32,000 nt of DNA from Nitrosopumilus sp. (GTDB lineage Archaea; Thermoproteota; Nitrososphaeria; Nitrososphaerales; Nitrosopumilaceae). Shown piece by piece: positions 1-8,520 of the stretch. Positions within the stretch are counted from its first letter, which is position 1, and each line of letters starts with the position of its first letter. The stretch spans positions 382,204 to 414,203 of the forward strand of contig NZ_JAILWC010000001.1 in NCBI RefSeq assembly GCF_025699125.1, read 5' to 3'. Below the pieces are notes generated by a model. It was not told the DNA's origin and made no database searches. It saw nothing but the letters and a program-made list of their open reading frames with translations. The position numbers and the translations under genes were made by a program.

Positions 1-2
1 TT

Positions 3-740
3 AGTGATTTTCACTATGGTGAAAAATTCTATCAATACAAATATTATCCAATTGATGCATTAGTAGAAGACTCTTCTAACAGATGTCATTTCACATCAGA
101 CTTTATACTTGATAAAAATTCTATTTCTGAATCCGGATATGTAAAATACAAATTTCCAAATAACATGAACTGGCCTGGTGGATATGAGAATAGCACCTAT
201 TACATCATAAGTTCGCCATCTTTTAATTTTCCAGAAGATAACCGATTTGAGAAGATAATTCCTACTAAAACAGAAGATGGTAGTATAATTTTAGAGTTTG
301 ATCTCATGCCCGGACTTAATACCTTTCTTGCAAATTCAACTGCTTTTTGGGATTCTCAAAGTTCTCAAATAATTGATTGTTTGAATCCTTTTGATTTTGA
401 AAAACAAGACTCAGAATACTATGATCTTGTATATCCACTTAAAGTTCAACAGAATCGTGCAATGATGTTTGATTTGAATGAAAATGATTTTTTGTGTAAA
501 TCAGAATATGTTTTAGTTCAAAAATATGATGGCTCTCCTGCATGTGTAACTGAATCAACCAAACAGAAACTGATTGAGAGAGGTTGGACTAAATACAAGG
601 ATGGCATTACAGTTCAATTTTCATATTGTGGAGCAGATGGATTTGATTCAGAAGGTAATCCAAATTCAGATAATTCGACACATCATTGGGATAAGAATAA
701 CTGTGAATGGAAAAGAATTGGGTATTTTGTAGTTGATTAG
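3..740 (+). CDS. Hypothetical protein, probably 5'-truncated by the window edge
   Basis: The frame of the 165..740 ORF stays open with no stop back to position 3 (SDFHYGEKFYQYKYYPIDALVEDSSNRCHF...). No family recognised. The start could instead be the ATG at 165. Confidence 0.5.
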   Translation, partial: SDFHYGEKFYQYKYYPIDALVEDSSNRCHFTSDFILDKNSISESGYVKYKFPNNMNWPGGYENSTYYIISSPSFNFPEDNRFEKIIPTKTEDGSIILEFDLMPGLNTFLANSTAFWDSQSSQIIDCLNPFDFEKQDSEYYDLVYPLKVQQNRAMMFDLNENDFLCKSEYVLVQKYDGSPACVTESTKQKLIERGWTKYKDGITVQFSYCGADGFDSEGNPNSDNSTHHWDKNNCEWKRIGYFVVD

Positions 741-834
741 AAAATGAAAACTAGGGTTCAAACCCGACAGTCCACTAAACCAAACCTGTCAGAGTTTGGA
801 CTGTCAAGATTGTTTAATCTCAATTTAATAAATA

Positions 835-1065
835 ATGTTTAAAAAAGCGGTTTTATTAAAACACAATATGGAATGGTATGATATTTTTGTTGCAATATTA
901 TTTGCAATTGGAGTTACGGCATACCCTGGCTGGAATCTAGTTCTACGCTTAGAATTGAATTATGAGAATAGGATTAAAATTCTATCAAAACCATCCAAAC
1001 AAAATAAAATTCTATCAAAACCCACTAAGCAAGTTAGCGAATTAGAAAAGATCTTTGGAGTTTAA
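835..1065 (+). CDS. Small hypothetical protein with one predicted TM helix and a tandem KILSKP(S/T)KQ repeat
   Basis: 76-aa ORF with a hydrophobic stretch (IFVAILFAIGVTAY) and an internal 30-bp duplication. No homology recognised. Confidence 0.3.
   Translation: MFKKAVLLKHNMEWYDIFVAILFAIGVTAYPGWNLVLRLELNYENRIKILSKPSKQNKILSKPTKQVSELEKIFGV
976..1035. repeat. 2 x 30-bp tandem direct repeat inside ORF 835..1065
   Basis: AAAATTCTATCAAAACC occurs at 976 and again at 1006 (period 30 bp), encoding KILSKPSKQN / KILSKPTKQV. Confidence 0.8.
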
Positions 1066-1339
1066 TACTACACATCTTCAGATTAATGAAAATTACAAAG
1101 TTCAAACCTGTTAGGACTTACACTCAATTCTCTGAAAGGGGATTGTCTTACTGGCTCAAATCCCTTCTGTGGTTCAATACTTGAAAAACAGTATTTGATC
1201 TGTGAATCAAACTTCTCTAATGCTGGTTCAAATTCGATGAAAAAACACCAAGTTTTTCGTGATTTAATTTTGTTGTGCCTGGATGGGGCCGAAATTGTGT
1301 GCAAAAAGGTTGACTACTAGTCGGCTTCCCGGTTTTATT

Positions 1340-1792
1340 TTATCTAGGAGGTTCTTTCTTTATTCTGTAAATGTTTCTTTTTGAAATAACAATGGTTTCT
1401 CCTTCTTGATTGGTTCCTTCATAATCAATTCCAATCTTTCCATATTCTTCATCAATGTCATCTTTTTGTGATATTGTGAATTTTAATTTCAAAACTTGAT
1501 TGGTGTATAATGTCTTTAGAAATCTTGTGTTTCTGTTTTTCCAGTCTGGATCCCCATCTGTTCCAACAAAAATAATATGATTCCCATAAATCTGACTCAA
1601 TCTTGTAAATTCTCCTTCCATTCTGGATAAAATTGCTCTTCCTGAAACAATCTTTTCTTTTTCTTTTTCTCTATCTTCTAGGAATGCATTTCTAACTCTT
1701 GAAAAATTCAAATATTCTTCTAATTCTTTGTTTGAAATACTACATGTGGAATAAAACGAATCTCCGACTCTGAATTCTGAAAATTTTTTCAT
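1340..1792 (-). CDS. Hotdog-fold (MaoC/thioesterase-like) protein, tentative
   Basis: 150-aa ORF. The N-terminal F-R-VGD...S(x)n pattern and the central VSGRAILSRMEGEF helix-like segment resemble MaoC-type hotdog proteins. It starts 2 nt after the stop of the upstream SDR gene. Confidence 0.55.
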   Translation of the reverse strand: MKKFSEFRVGDSFYSTCSISNKELEEYLNFSRVRNAFLEDREKEKEKIVSGRAILSRMEGEFTRLSQIYGNHIIFVGTDGDPDWKNRNTRFLKTLYTNQVLKLKFTISQKDDIDEEYGKIGIDYEGTNQEGETIVISKRNIYRIKKEPPR

Positions 1793-1794
1793 TC

Positions 1795-3564
1795 TTATCT
1801 TGTTTCATCAACACAGAAAACAATTTCTGCTGATGATAAAGCATTATCAGTAACTAGAAAATTAAATGCGTCTGCAATTCTTTGATTGTTTGGTTCTGCA
1901 CCTGTTACTGAACCTGGAAAAATTGTAAACATTCTAATTTTTGAATTTAGAACGTCACTAAGTTCTTGGTTAACTGTGGTTGTAAATGGTCTTAATGCTC
2001 CTCTGAAAACCTCTACTTGTGCTCTCTGTATTCCTGTTACTTTCTTTCCAATTGGCAAATCTGGCCCAATTATCATAATTGCTCCTTTAGCATCTTTGTA
2101 AAGACGAGGATCATTAGCTCCTCCTGGAACAAATTGTTCAAGTGCTCTTTGTGCAACTGTTGCTGGAGTTGAAATGAATTTTTCAGTTAAAGCCTCCCAT
2201 TCTGCTCTTGATACTTCTGTTAATTTTGGTATGTCTGGTAGTTTTCCAGTTACATGAATAACTCCTAAAATATCCCCGATGTTTGTTTTTGCTGTGTTTA
2301 ACCACCTCGCAACTTCATCAGGATTCTTGATGTCTACTATATGGGAGTGGAATTTACTGCTGATGTATTCTTGTAATTCTAAGGGTGTGTCTTGAGAAAT
2401 AAAGCATGCAACTTTTCCGCCATTTTTCTCTACATGTTGTGCTAAAAATTCAGCTCTTTCAACATCTGCTTTGTCTGTCGCGTCAATTGTAAACACGACT
2501 GCTTTTCCAGTAAAGTCTGGTTGATGTACTCCTGGTGCGGTAGTTCCTATATGTGGTTTAACTGGATAAAATACTCTATCTCCGGGAATTACTTTTCCAT
2601 TAATTATTTTTGCAATTTCATCGTCACATAGATTGAGAACTGTTTCAGCAACTTGTCCTTGTGAAAGAAATTCTCTGTTTGCAATCATATGAGATGTGTT
2701 GTTTTGAACCTTTTCTGCAATGGTTTGAATTTTGTTTAGTAGATTGGTAAATGTTTCAGTTAATTTGGATGCATCTTTGCCGTTTGCAAGTTTAGTTGCA
2801 GCATCAATAATTCCTTTTTTAATTACACTTTCATCTTCTCCTAATAATGGGAGTAATTCTCTGTTTGCTTCATCAACTTGCACTGGGGACAAATCTTCAA
2901 ATCCGCTTACCCGCATAAACTCTGCTGCGGCTTTTGGGTAAACCGTTTTGTAAATTCTATCTGAATGCACTGGACCTGGATTTGTAGCGATAGATATGAT
3001 TCCTTTATCTGTCAATTCCCATGACATTAATTCTGCTAATCTATTTTTTGCTCCTTGGGATGCAGTATATGGGCTTCTAAATCTATAAGGTCTCTGTTCT
3101 AGTGGTTTTTCTTCTGTAAAGAATGTGGATATTGTAATAATTTTTCCACCTTCTTTCATTACTTTTAGAGCCTGAACAGATCCCCAGAACGTACCTGTGA
3201 GATGAATTCCAATTGTACTTTTAAATTCATCAAGTGGGGCATTTGGAAAACATGTTACTGGTCCTGAGACTCCTGCATTGTTAATTATGTAATCTATAGT
3301 GACATTGTTCTTTTTTAGTTCATCAAACATGTTGTTCATTGCTGTTTCATCTGCAACATCAACCCCCGCAAAAATTCTAACTGATGCGTTTATTCCTTGA
3401 GGGATTCTTCCTTCAAGTTCCTTTGCTGCTTCTTCTAAGGGTTCTTTTCTTCTTCCAAGAATAATCACACTAGCTCCTTCTTCTATGAATTTTGTAGCGA
3501 TAGCTTTGCCTATTCCTGTTCCGCTTCCTGTAACTAGGGCAATTTTATTTTGGAATTTTGGCAT
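1795..3564 (-). CDS. Long (589 aa) two-domain short-chain dehydrogenase/reductase-like protein
   Basis: N-terminal Rossmann motifs are VTGSGTGIGKA (TGxxxGxG), IINNAGV (NNAG) and NPGPV (PG motif). The active-site segment is atypical: PYTASQGAK rather than YxxxK. About 340 further residues include a second alpha/beta-like region (GKAVVFTIDATDK...) with no Gly-rich loop. Confidence 0.8.
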   Translation of the reverse strand: MPKFQNKIALVTGSGTGIGKAIATKFIEEGASVIILGRRKEPLEEAAKELEGRIPQGINASVRIFAGVDVADETAMNNMFDELKKNNVTIDYIINNAGVSGPVTCFPNAPLDEFKSTIGIHLTGTFWGSVQALKVMKEGGKIITISTFFTEEKPLEQRPYRFRSPYTASQGAKNRLAELMSWELTDKGIISIATNPGPVHSDRIYKTVYPKAAAEFMRVSGFEDLSPVQVDEANRELLPLLGEDESVIKKGIIDAATKLANGKDASKLTETFTNLLNKIQTIAEKVQNNTSHMIANREFLSQGQVAETVLNLCDDEIAKIINGKVIPGDRVFYPVKPHIGTTAPGVHQPDFTGKAVVFTIDATDKADVERAEFLAQHVEKNGGKVACFISQDTPLELQEYISSKFHSHIVDIKNPDEVARWLNTAKTNIGDILGVIHVTGKLPDIPKLTEVSRAEWEALTEKFISTPATVAQRALEQFVPGGANDPRLYKDAKGAIMIIGPDLPIGKKVTGIQRAQVEVFRGALRPFTTTVNQELSDVLNSKIRMFTIFPGSVTGAEPNNQRIADAFNFLVTDNALSSAEIVFCVDETR

Positions 3565-3667
3565 TAGCTAAAATTCCAAAACTTTTGTGATATTTAATTC
3601 GATTGATCTCTGGACTTTTTTCTTGATATCTTTAGGAATGATGTGTTAAGCCATCCACAATGTAGAT

Positions 3668-3753
3668 TTTGCAGGTGGTTGAACAATCCACAAATATCTA
3701 TGTGGATCGATAAACAATCCATATATTCATTTTAAGTTATTTGCACCTGCAAA
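3668..3753. promoter_or_regulatory. Nested inverted repeats in a divergent intergenic region
   Basis: The outer 10-bp arms TTTGCAGGTG (3668-3677) and CACCTGCAAA (3744-3753) are perfect reverse complements. The inner palindrome is ATCCACA-N8-TGTGGAT (3686-3707). An extra ATCCACAA lies at 3653-3660. Confidence 0.45.
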
Positions 3754-3832
3754 TATTTTATAAAAAGTATTCCTGAATTTGATACAAAACATCAGAAGCA
3801 TTTTTCAATGACGTATTAGGATTTCATATATT

Positions 3833-4072
3833 ATGAAGTGTTTTATGATTTTTCTTGTATTGGTGGGATTTGCAATCTCTCCATATCTTGTTTCTGATAG
3901 TTTTGGATTATGTGTGGAAAATCAGGACTGGCAAGACGCTCCGTGCTATGGTTGTAGAGGTTGCTATCCTGGACTAGAGCAGGAAAATCTAGACTGGTCG
4001 CCATACTATGATTTTAAGGGCTCAACATGGATGAATGCAAAAGTTCATTCTTGTCTGACATGCGTCGTTTAA
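3833..4072 (+). CDS. Small secreted Cys-rich protein (hypothetical)
   Basis: 79-aa ORF with an N-terminal hydrophobic signal-like segment (MKCFMIFLVLVGFAISP) and 7 Cys in the remainder, including CYGCRGC. Confidence 0.45.
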   Translation: MKCFMIFLVLVGFAISPYLVSDSFGLCVENQDWQDAPCYGCRGCYPGLEQENLDWSPYYDFKGSTWMNAKVHSCLTCVV

Positions 4073-4156
4073 TTTTTCATTGAACCTCTGGCAAAATTCC
4101 TGCCTTTTCTTTTTGGCTTAAAAAGTTTAAAAACTTCACACCATAAAAGACGTAGC

Positions 4157-4354
4157 ATGGATTTATTGCGTATAAATGCCTCTAAAATGATCCTGTTTAT
4201 TGGAATCGCAGTAGTAATGTATGACATAACAAATTCTATCATACTATCTTCAAAATGGGATACAAGTTACAAGTATCTATTTGTCGGAGGAAGCGTATCT
4301 GCAATAGGATTGATCTTTATGTTGATTGATTCAAAAGACAAGATAAAACAATAG
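4157..4354 (+). CDS. Small membrane protein (hypothetical)
   Basis: 65-aa ORF with two hydrophobic helices (ILFIGIAVVMY, VGGSVSAIGLIFML). Confidence 0.4.
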   Translation: MDLLRINASKMILFIGIAVVMYDITNSIILSSKWDTSYKYLFVGGSVSAIGLIFMLIDSKDKIKQ

Positions 4355-4405
4355 TTTCTTACTCATAGTAACTAATTTAATTAGATAACACAGCGGTATA
4401 ACAGC

Positions 4406-6193
4406 ATGGTTTCTGCAGGTAGTACAGAGTTCATCTCACTGCTTGCAGTTCTTTTGGGCGGAGGCATGTTTGGTGCATGGTTGATGCACAAGATAAAATT
4501 TCCCACCATGATTGGATTTATCCTAATTGGAATTGTTGCTGGTCCGTTTGGACTGGGAGTTGTAACTGATACAGAATTGATCAACATACTTGCAGAATTT
4601 GGAATAATCATACTTCTGTTTGTTGTAGGACTAGAATTCAGTATTGACAAGCTTCGAAGAATAGGTTCCAAAGGAATCTTGGTCGGAACAGTTCAGCTCT
4701 CAATTGTGTTTTTTCTAGGATACATCACTGCAACATCATTTGGTTGGACACACATAGAAGGACTTTACCTAGGTGCCATTTTATCCATTACAAGTACTGT
4801 AATATCGCTCAGATTATTGCGTGATCTAAATCTAGTGAACACCAAAGAGATGAACACTGTAGTAATGATTCTCATCATAGAGGATCTTGCTGCCGTACTA
4901 CTTTTGGCAGTTCTTGGCAACATGTCTGAAGGTCAAGGTATTGAATTCTTTGACATTGGAATAATGATACTTGAGAGCTTGGTGTTTTTTGTATTGGCTC
5001 TTGTAATGGGAGTAAAAGTAGTTCCCAGAATAATAGAAAAAGTCAACGTAATGAGAATGGAAGAGGCTCCATTCATTACGGCACTTGCGCTGGGCTTTGG
5101 ACTTGCAGTTCTTGCAAACTTTCTTGGTCTGAGCACTGCTATCGGTGCATTTCTGATGGGAGTGATAATTGCATCATCTAAACATTCAGAATCAATCATA
5201 CAAAAGATACTTCCCATCAGAGATTTTTTTGGAGTGATATTTTTTGTCTCAATAGGAATGCTGTTTAATGTGGCCTTATTCCCCGAAGCCATATGGATTG
5301 CCCTACCAATAATTGCCATTGCAGTAATTGGCAAGTTCATCGGTAACTTTTTTGCAGCATCAATTGCAGGAAACAGCCTTACAAGTGCAGCTACCATCGC
5401 TACAGTAATGGTACCTATTGCAGAATTTTCATACATACTTGCAAAACAAGGAGTAGACAATGGAAGCTTACGAGAATCCATCTACCCAGTAATACTTTTG
5501 GTGTCTCTTGGAACCATGTTTTTGCTGCCGCTACTTTTGCGAATAACACCTACTGTAGCTGATCCTCGTTCTCTCATACCAGATAGATTCCTAAACTCAG
5601 TCTACATAACAGGCCAGTTCTTCAGGAAGATGTTTCCAAATCAAAATGAGACAGAACACATCAAGTTTGTCAGCATATTCAAAAAATACGGCATGACGTT
5701 TTTTGTCAATCTTGTAATCATAGTAGCCATACTGTCTGCGATGGATTATTTTTCATCAGAAATTGTACTTCTTTTAGAAGATCCAGAGGTGCCTTTCTTT
5801 ATGGAACCAGAAGTCTTTGTGACAATAATTACAATTCTGCTTGTAGTGTATCCAATATTTTCACTTGTAAGAAGATTAGAAAAGGTAGTAGAGGTCGTAT
5901 CTAATACCATCACCATCAACATCGGGTTCATGGCAGTAGGAAAACCAGTACAAAGAATAACAAGAAATGTGTTATTTGTTGGACTGATTTTGCTCATGGT
6001 TGCAATATTTATTTCCTTTACAGCAGATATCAAAACAGTAACGTCTATGCCCATCATAATATCTACAATAGGCATGATAATTGCAATACCATTAATTCTA
6101 GATACCATTATTGTTATACAAAAGATAACTCAATCCAACATGGCAACCCTTCTTGCAGATGAATCAAAGGAATCTAACACAAGATCAGATTAG
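4406..6193 (+). CDS. Monovalent cation:proton antiporter (CPA2/Kef-type Na+/H+ exchanger family) with an extra C-terminal membrane region
   Basis: 595-aa polytopic membrane protein. The N-terminal part shows typical Na_H_exchanger features (LLGGGMFGAW..., LAEFGIIILLFVVGLEF, IIEDLAAVLLLA). The C-terminal ~200 aa add further TM helices instead of a TrkA-N domain. Confidence 0.8.
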   Translation: MVSAGSTEFISLLAVLLGGGMFGAWLMHKIKFPTMIGFILIGIVAGPFGLGVVTDTELINILAEFGIIILLFVVGLEFSIDKLRRIGSKGILVGTVQLSIVFFLGYITATSFGWTHIEGLYLGAILSITSTVISLRLLRDLNLVNTKEMNTVVMILIIEDLAAVLLLAVLGNMSEGQGIEFFDIGIMILESLVFFVLALVMGVKVVPRIIEKVNVMRMEEAPFITALALGFGLAVLANFLGLSTAIGAFLMGVIIASSKHSESIIQKILPIRDFFGVIFFVSIGMLFNVALFPEAIWIALPIIAIAVIGKFIGNFFAASIAGNSLTSAATIATVMVPIAEFSYILAKQGVDNGSLRESIYPVILLVSLGTMFLLPLLLRITPTVADPRSLIPDRFLNSVYITGQFFRKMFPNQNETEHIKFVSIFKKYGMTFFVNLVIIVAILSAMDYFSSEIVLLLEDPEVPFFMEPEVFVTIITILLVVYPIFSLVRRLEKVVEVVSNTITINIGFMAVGKPVQRITRNVLFVGLILLMVAIFISFTADIKTVTSMPIIISTIGMIIAIPLILDTIIVIQKITQSNMATLLADESKESNTRSD

Positions 6194-6557
6194 AAAAAAT
6201 CACAACAATTTACACTAGACCTATAGGTCATAATTAGTAAATTAATGTAAAATTATTGACGAAGTTTAGGTTCAAATTTTTATTGGGATTTCATGACATG
6301 AAAAAAGGTCATTGCCAAAGATGTGATTTTACTGATGTGGTAAATTTGATATATGTATTGATTTTTCTCAATCATGATTGTTTTTTGTTAGTTTTCATGT
6401 TTGCTAAATATGAAAAAAATCCACAACAAAACATTTTCTTTGTGGAAGTCTCCTAGAAATATTGGTATCTGGGAGGTTCAACATGCCACAATTAGAAGTG
6501 AGTGGAATGTTCATCAAACGCCGAATCTTTATTTGTGGGTATGATTCATGATTTTTA

Positions 6558-6794
6558 ATGCACGATACAGAGCCAGATACATTTGTTTATCAAACATGGC
6601 CTGAGAAATTTAGTGGGATGCTAAAAGAAATTGGAATTGATTCAGAACCTAAAGAAATTGGTACTGATGATGTTGAAAAAGGAGATTACTATAGTAGATA
6701 TTTTGCTCATACAGCTAGAATGATAACTAATAGGGGATGTCTTGATGTCAAAAACTCAAACATTGACACAATACAAATAATTCAAAAGGGATAA
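6558..6794 (+). CDS. Hypothetical protein
   Basis: 78-aa ORF whose stop lies 2 nt before the next ORF start (likely co-transcribed). No family recognised. Confidence 0.4.
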   Translation: MHDTEPDTFVYQTWPEKFSGMLKEIGIDSEPKEIGTDDVEKGDYYSRYFAHTARMITNRGCLDVKNSNIDTIQIIQKG

Positions 6795-6796
6795 AA

Positions 6797-7174
6797 ATGC
6801 AAGATCCTGATCCACTTCCTTGGGGCGCATTAGATAGATTCCAAGCGCATTTTATTGTAAAAAGAGACTCTGGAACTTCCGTTGGTAACTTTGTAGCAAA
6901 AACAAAACTAACAACAAAAGGCCATTTCGCTTCAAAGACTGTCGAAAAAGTTGAATGGGATGGGCCTGGCAGTTTAGCATCAAAACTCAATGCAGATGCT
7001 GAGCTAAACGAAATGATTGCAAAGCAATCTGTTAAAGACGCAACAATCTATGTTGAACCTACTGATGGTGCTATTAGAATTAGAAATAAGTGGAATAATC
7101 ATTTATCTTTTGGAATCACAAAAGATCTTTTTGAAATTTACGACAGAATAGCAGGTCACGTAAAATCTGTTTAA
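6797..7174 (+). CDS. Hypothetical protein
   Basis: 125-aa ORF coupled to 6558..6794. Its 3' end overlaps the convergent endA stop by 4 nt (TTAA). Confidence 0.5.
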   Translation: MQDPDPLPWGALDRFQAHFIVKRDSGTSVGNFVAKTKLTTKGHFASKTVEKVEWDGPGSLASKLNADAELNEMIAKQSVKDATIYVEPTDGAIRIRNKWNNHLSFGITKDLFEIYDRIAGHVKSV

Positions 7175-7707
7175 GCTTTCCACCAGTCTAATGCAAGAAA
7201 ATCCACTTTATCCTTTCCTTTTGGAATGGCTAAAATGAATTGTTTTCTAACGGTTGTAGCAAGTCGTCCTGCAAGAACAATCCCTGTTGCTGAAATTGAT
7301 TCGTTTCTAGTGTACACTTGAATTAAAAAAGGTGCATGATCAATTCCTGGACCTTTTTCATAAACTGCAAAGTCACAACCGAATTTTATTCCAGGATTAA
7401 TGATGTATCCTTTGTCTCGAAAATTTTTGTAAACTAGATATTTTTTATCAAATTCGTGAACTTCATTTCTACAAATATCTGTCAATTGCTCTACAGTAAT
7501 TTTTTGTTTTGATTTTCTAATGGTTATTTTTTTGTTTTCTAAAAGGTACAACCCTTCAATAAGATCCAAAATCAACGGCGCATCGATTTCCTCAATTTTT
7601 GGTTTTGGTATCCCTATTGGTTTGCCATAATATCCTTGACTGAAAAGTTTGCGTGAATCTTCAATATTCCACACAATGATTCTGTTTTCAATTAATTCAC
7701 TTTTCAT
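7171..7707 (-). CDS. endA: tRNA-splicing (intron) endonuclease, catalytic-type subunit
   Basis: 178 aa. The C-terminal signature YKNFRDKGYII..GIKFGCDFAVYEKGPG..HAPFLIQV matches the archaeal EndA catalytic domain (G-x-DF-x-VY...H). Confidence 0.85.
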   Translation of the reverse strand: MKSELIENRIIVWNIEDSRKLFSQGYYGKPIGIPKPKIEEIDAPLILDLIEGLYLLENKKITIRKSKQKITVEQLTDICRNEVHEFDKKYLVYKNFRDKGYIINPGIKFGCDFAVYEKGPGIDHAPFLIQVYTRNESISATGIVLAGRLATTVRKQFILAIPKGKDKVDFLALDWWKA

Positions 7708-7801
7708 TATTATTCTGAAACATTCTGTGTATATGAATTCTCTAGTTGTTTATAGAATTTTTAAAACATTAAAAATAAAGTAAAAATTTAGAGTGAATTG
7801 T

Positions 7802-8455
7802 TTATAGGCTCAATGCTAGTAATATGAAAGAGTCTGATACTCTTTGACATTTGTCTGACATTTCTTCAATTCCTTCTATAACATCTTTGATTAACATCAG
7901 TTCTTTTGTTGATGTAACCTCGTTTAGAAGTTTAATTGTTGCATCTCGATATTTTATATCGATTTCTCTTTCTATTGTTTGTGTTTCTTGAGCCAATTCA
8001 ATTGCATTTGCAGTGTTTGTGTTTAGGCTTCTAATGATTTCATTCAACTTGTAGACTTCATCGACAACAAGCTCGATTAATTTAGTGATGTCTTGATCAA
8101 GTTTTGAACTTTTTAGCGTAGCTGGCTTTACATTTGATAGTTTGAATGAAATTCCTGTGATGTAACCTGCGATCTCATCCATTGTATATGCTGTGTTTAG
8201 GAGATTTTCTCTATTCATGATTAATCCTCCTACATCTGCAACTTCTCTGGTGATCTTTCGTCTTAGACTTTCTACTTCTTCTTCAATTGTAGAAATTTGC
8301 TCTAATGCGTTTTTAATTCCTGTCTTGTCTTTTTTCATCATAAGCTCAGGAAGTGTTGCTAGTTCTCTTGCAGCATTTAGAATTCTGTTTATTTCGTCTT
8401 GTAAAACTGCTATAGCCTTTCTTTTTGCTTGAACTTCAAGCTCTCCGCTATACAT
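7802..8455 (-). CDS. DUF47 / PhoU-related (TIGR00153-like) helical protein
   Basis: 217-aa all-helical protein with an E-E-x-x-x-S-L-R-R-K-I segment and IMNRENLLNTAYTMDEIAGYI, resembling the PidREDi...lDdI motif of the DUF47 family. Confidence 0.55.
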   Translation of the reverse strand: MYSGELEVQAKRKAIAVLQDEINRILNAARELATLPELMMKKDKTGIKNALEQISTIEEEVESLRRKITREVADVGGLIMNRENLLNTAYTMDEIAGYITGISFKLSNVKPATLKSSKLDQDITKLIELVVDEVYKLNEIIRSLNTNTANAIELAQETQTIEREIDIKYRDATIKLLNEVTSTKELMLIKDVIEGIEEMSDKCQRVSDSFILLALSL

Positions 8456-8520
8456 AACAGAATGTAAAAAATCTTCAGGTAATTTAAATCCTCTATGACT
8501 TTTGATGTTTTTTGAGCATG

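Noticed and set aside
766-805. A 9-bp inverted repeat, GACAGTCCA...TGGACTGTC, with an internal CTGTC, downstream of ORF 165..740, considered as an intrinsic terminator
   Set aside because: Archaeal termination relies mainly on oligo-T tracts rather than hairpins, and no T-run immediately follows. It is a real sequence feature, but the function is unsupported.
1083-1304. A 73-aa minus-strand ORF and recurrent GGTTCAAA-like motifs (also at 755), considered as a tRNA T-arm, C/D-box sRNA or repeat protein
   Set aside because: I could not build an acceptor/anticodon cloverleaf. The C/D-box-like elements (AAUGA...CUGA) are only partial matches. The ORF has only a TTG start and an odd composition. 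The GC-richer hairpin (GCCGA...TCGGC, 1288-1325) with an internal oligo-T on the minus strand is more simply the termination region of the hotdog/SDR operon. It could still hold a ncRNA; an Infernal/tRNAscan run would settle it.
4381-6108. Antisense ORFs within the cation/proton antiporter gene (4381..4671, 4933..5481, 5746..6108)
   Set aside because: These are shadow ORFs opposite a long, clearly hydrophobic transporter CDS. They have no motifs or independent signals.
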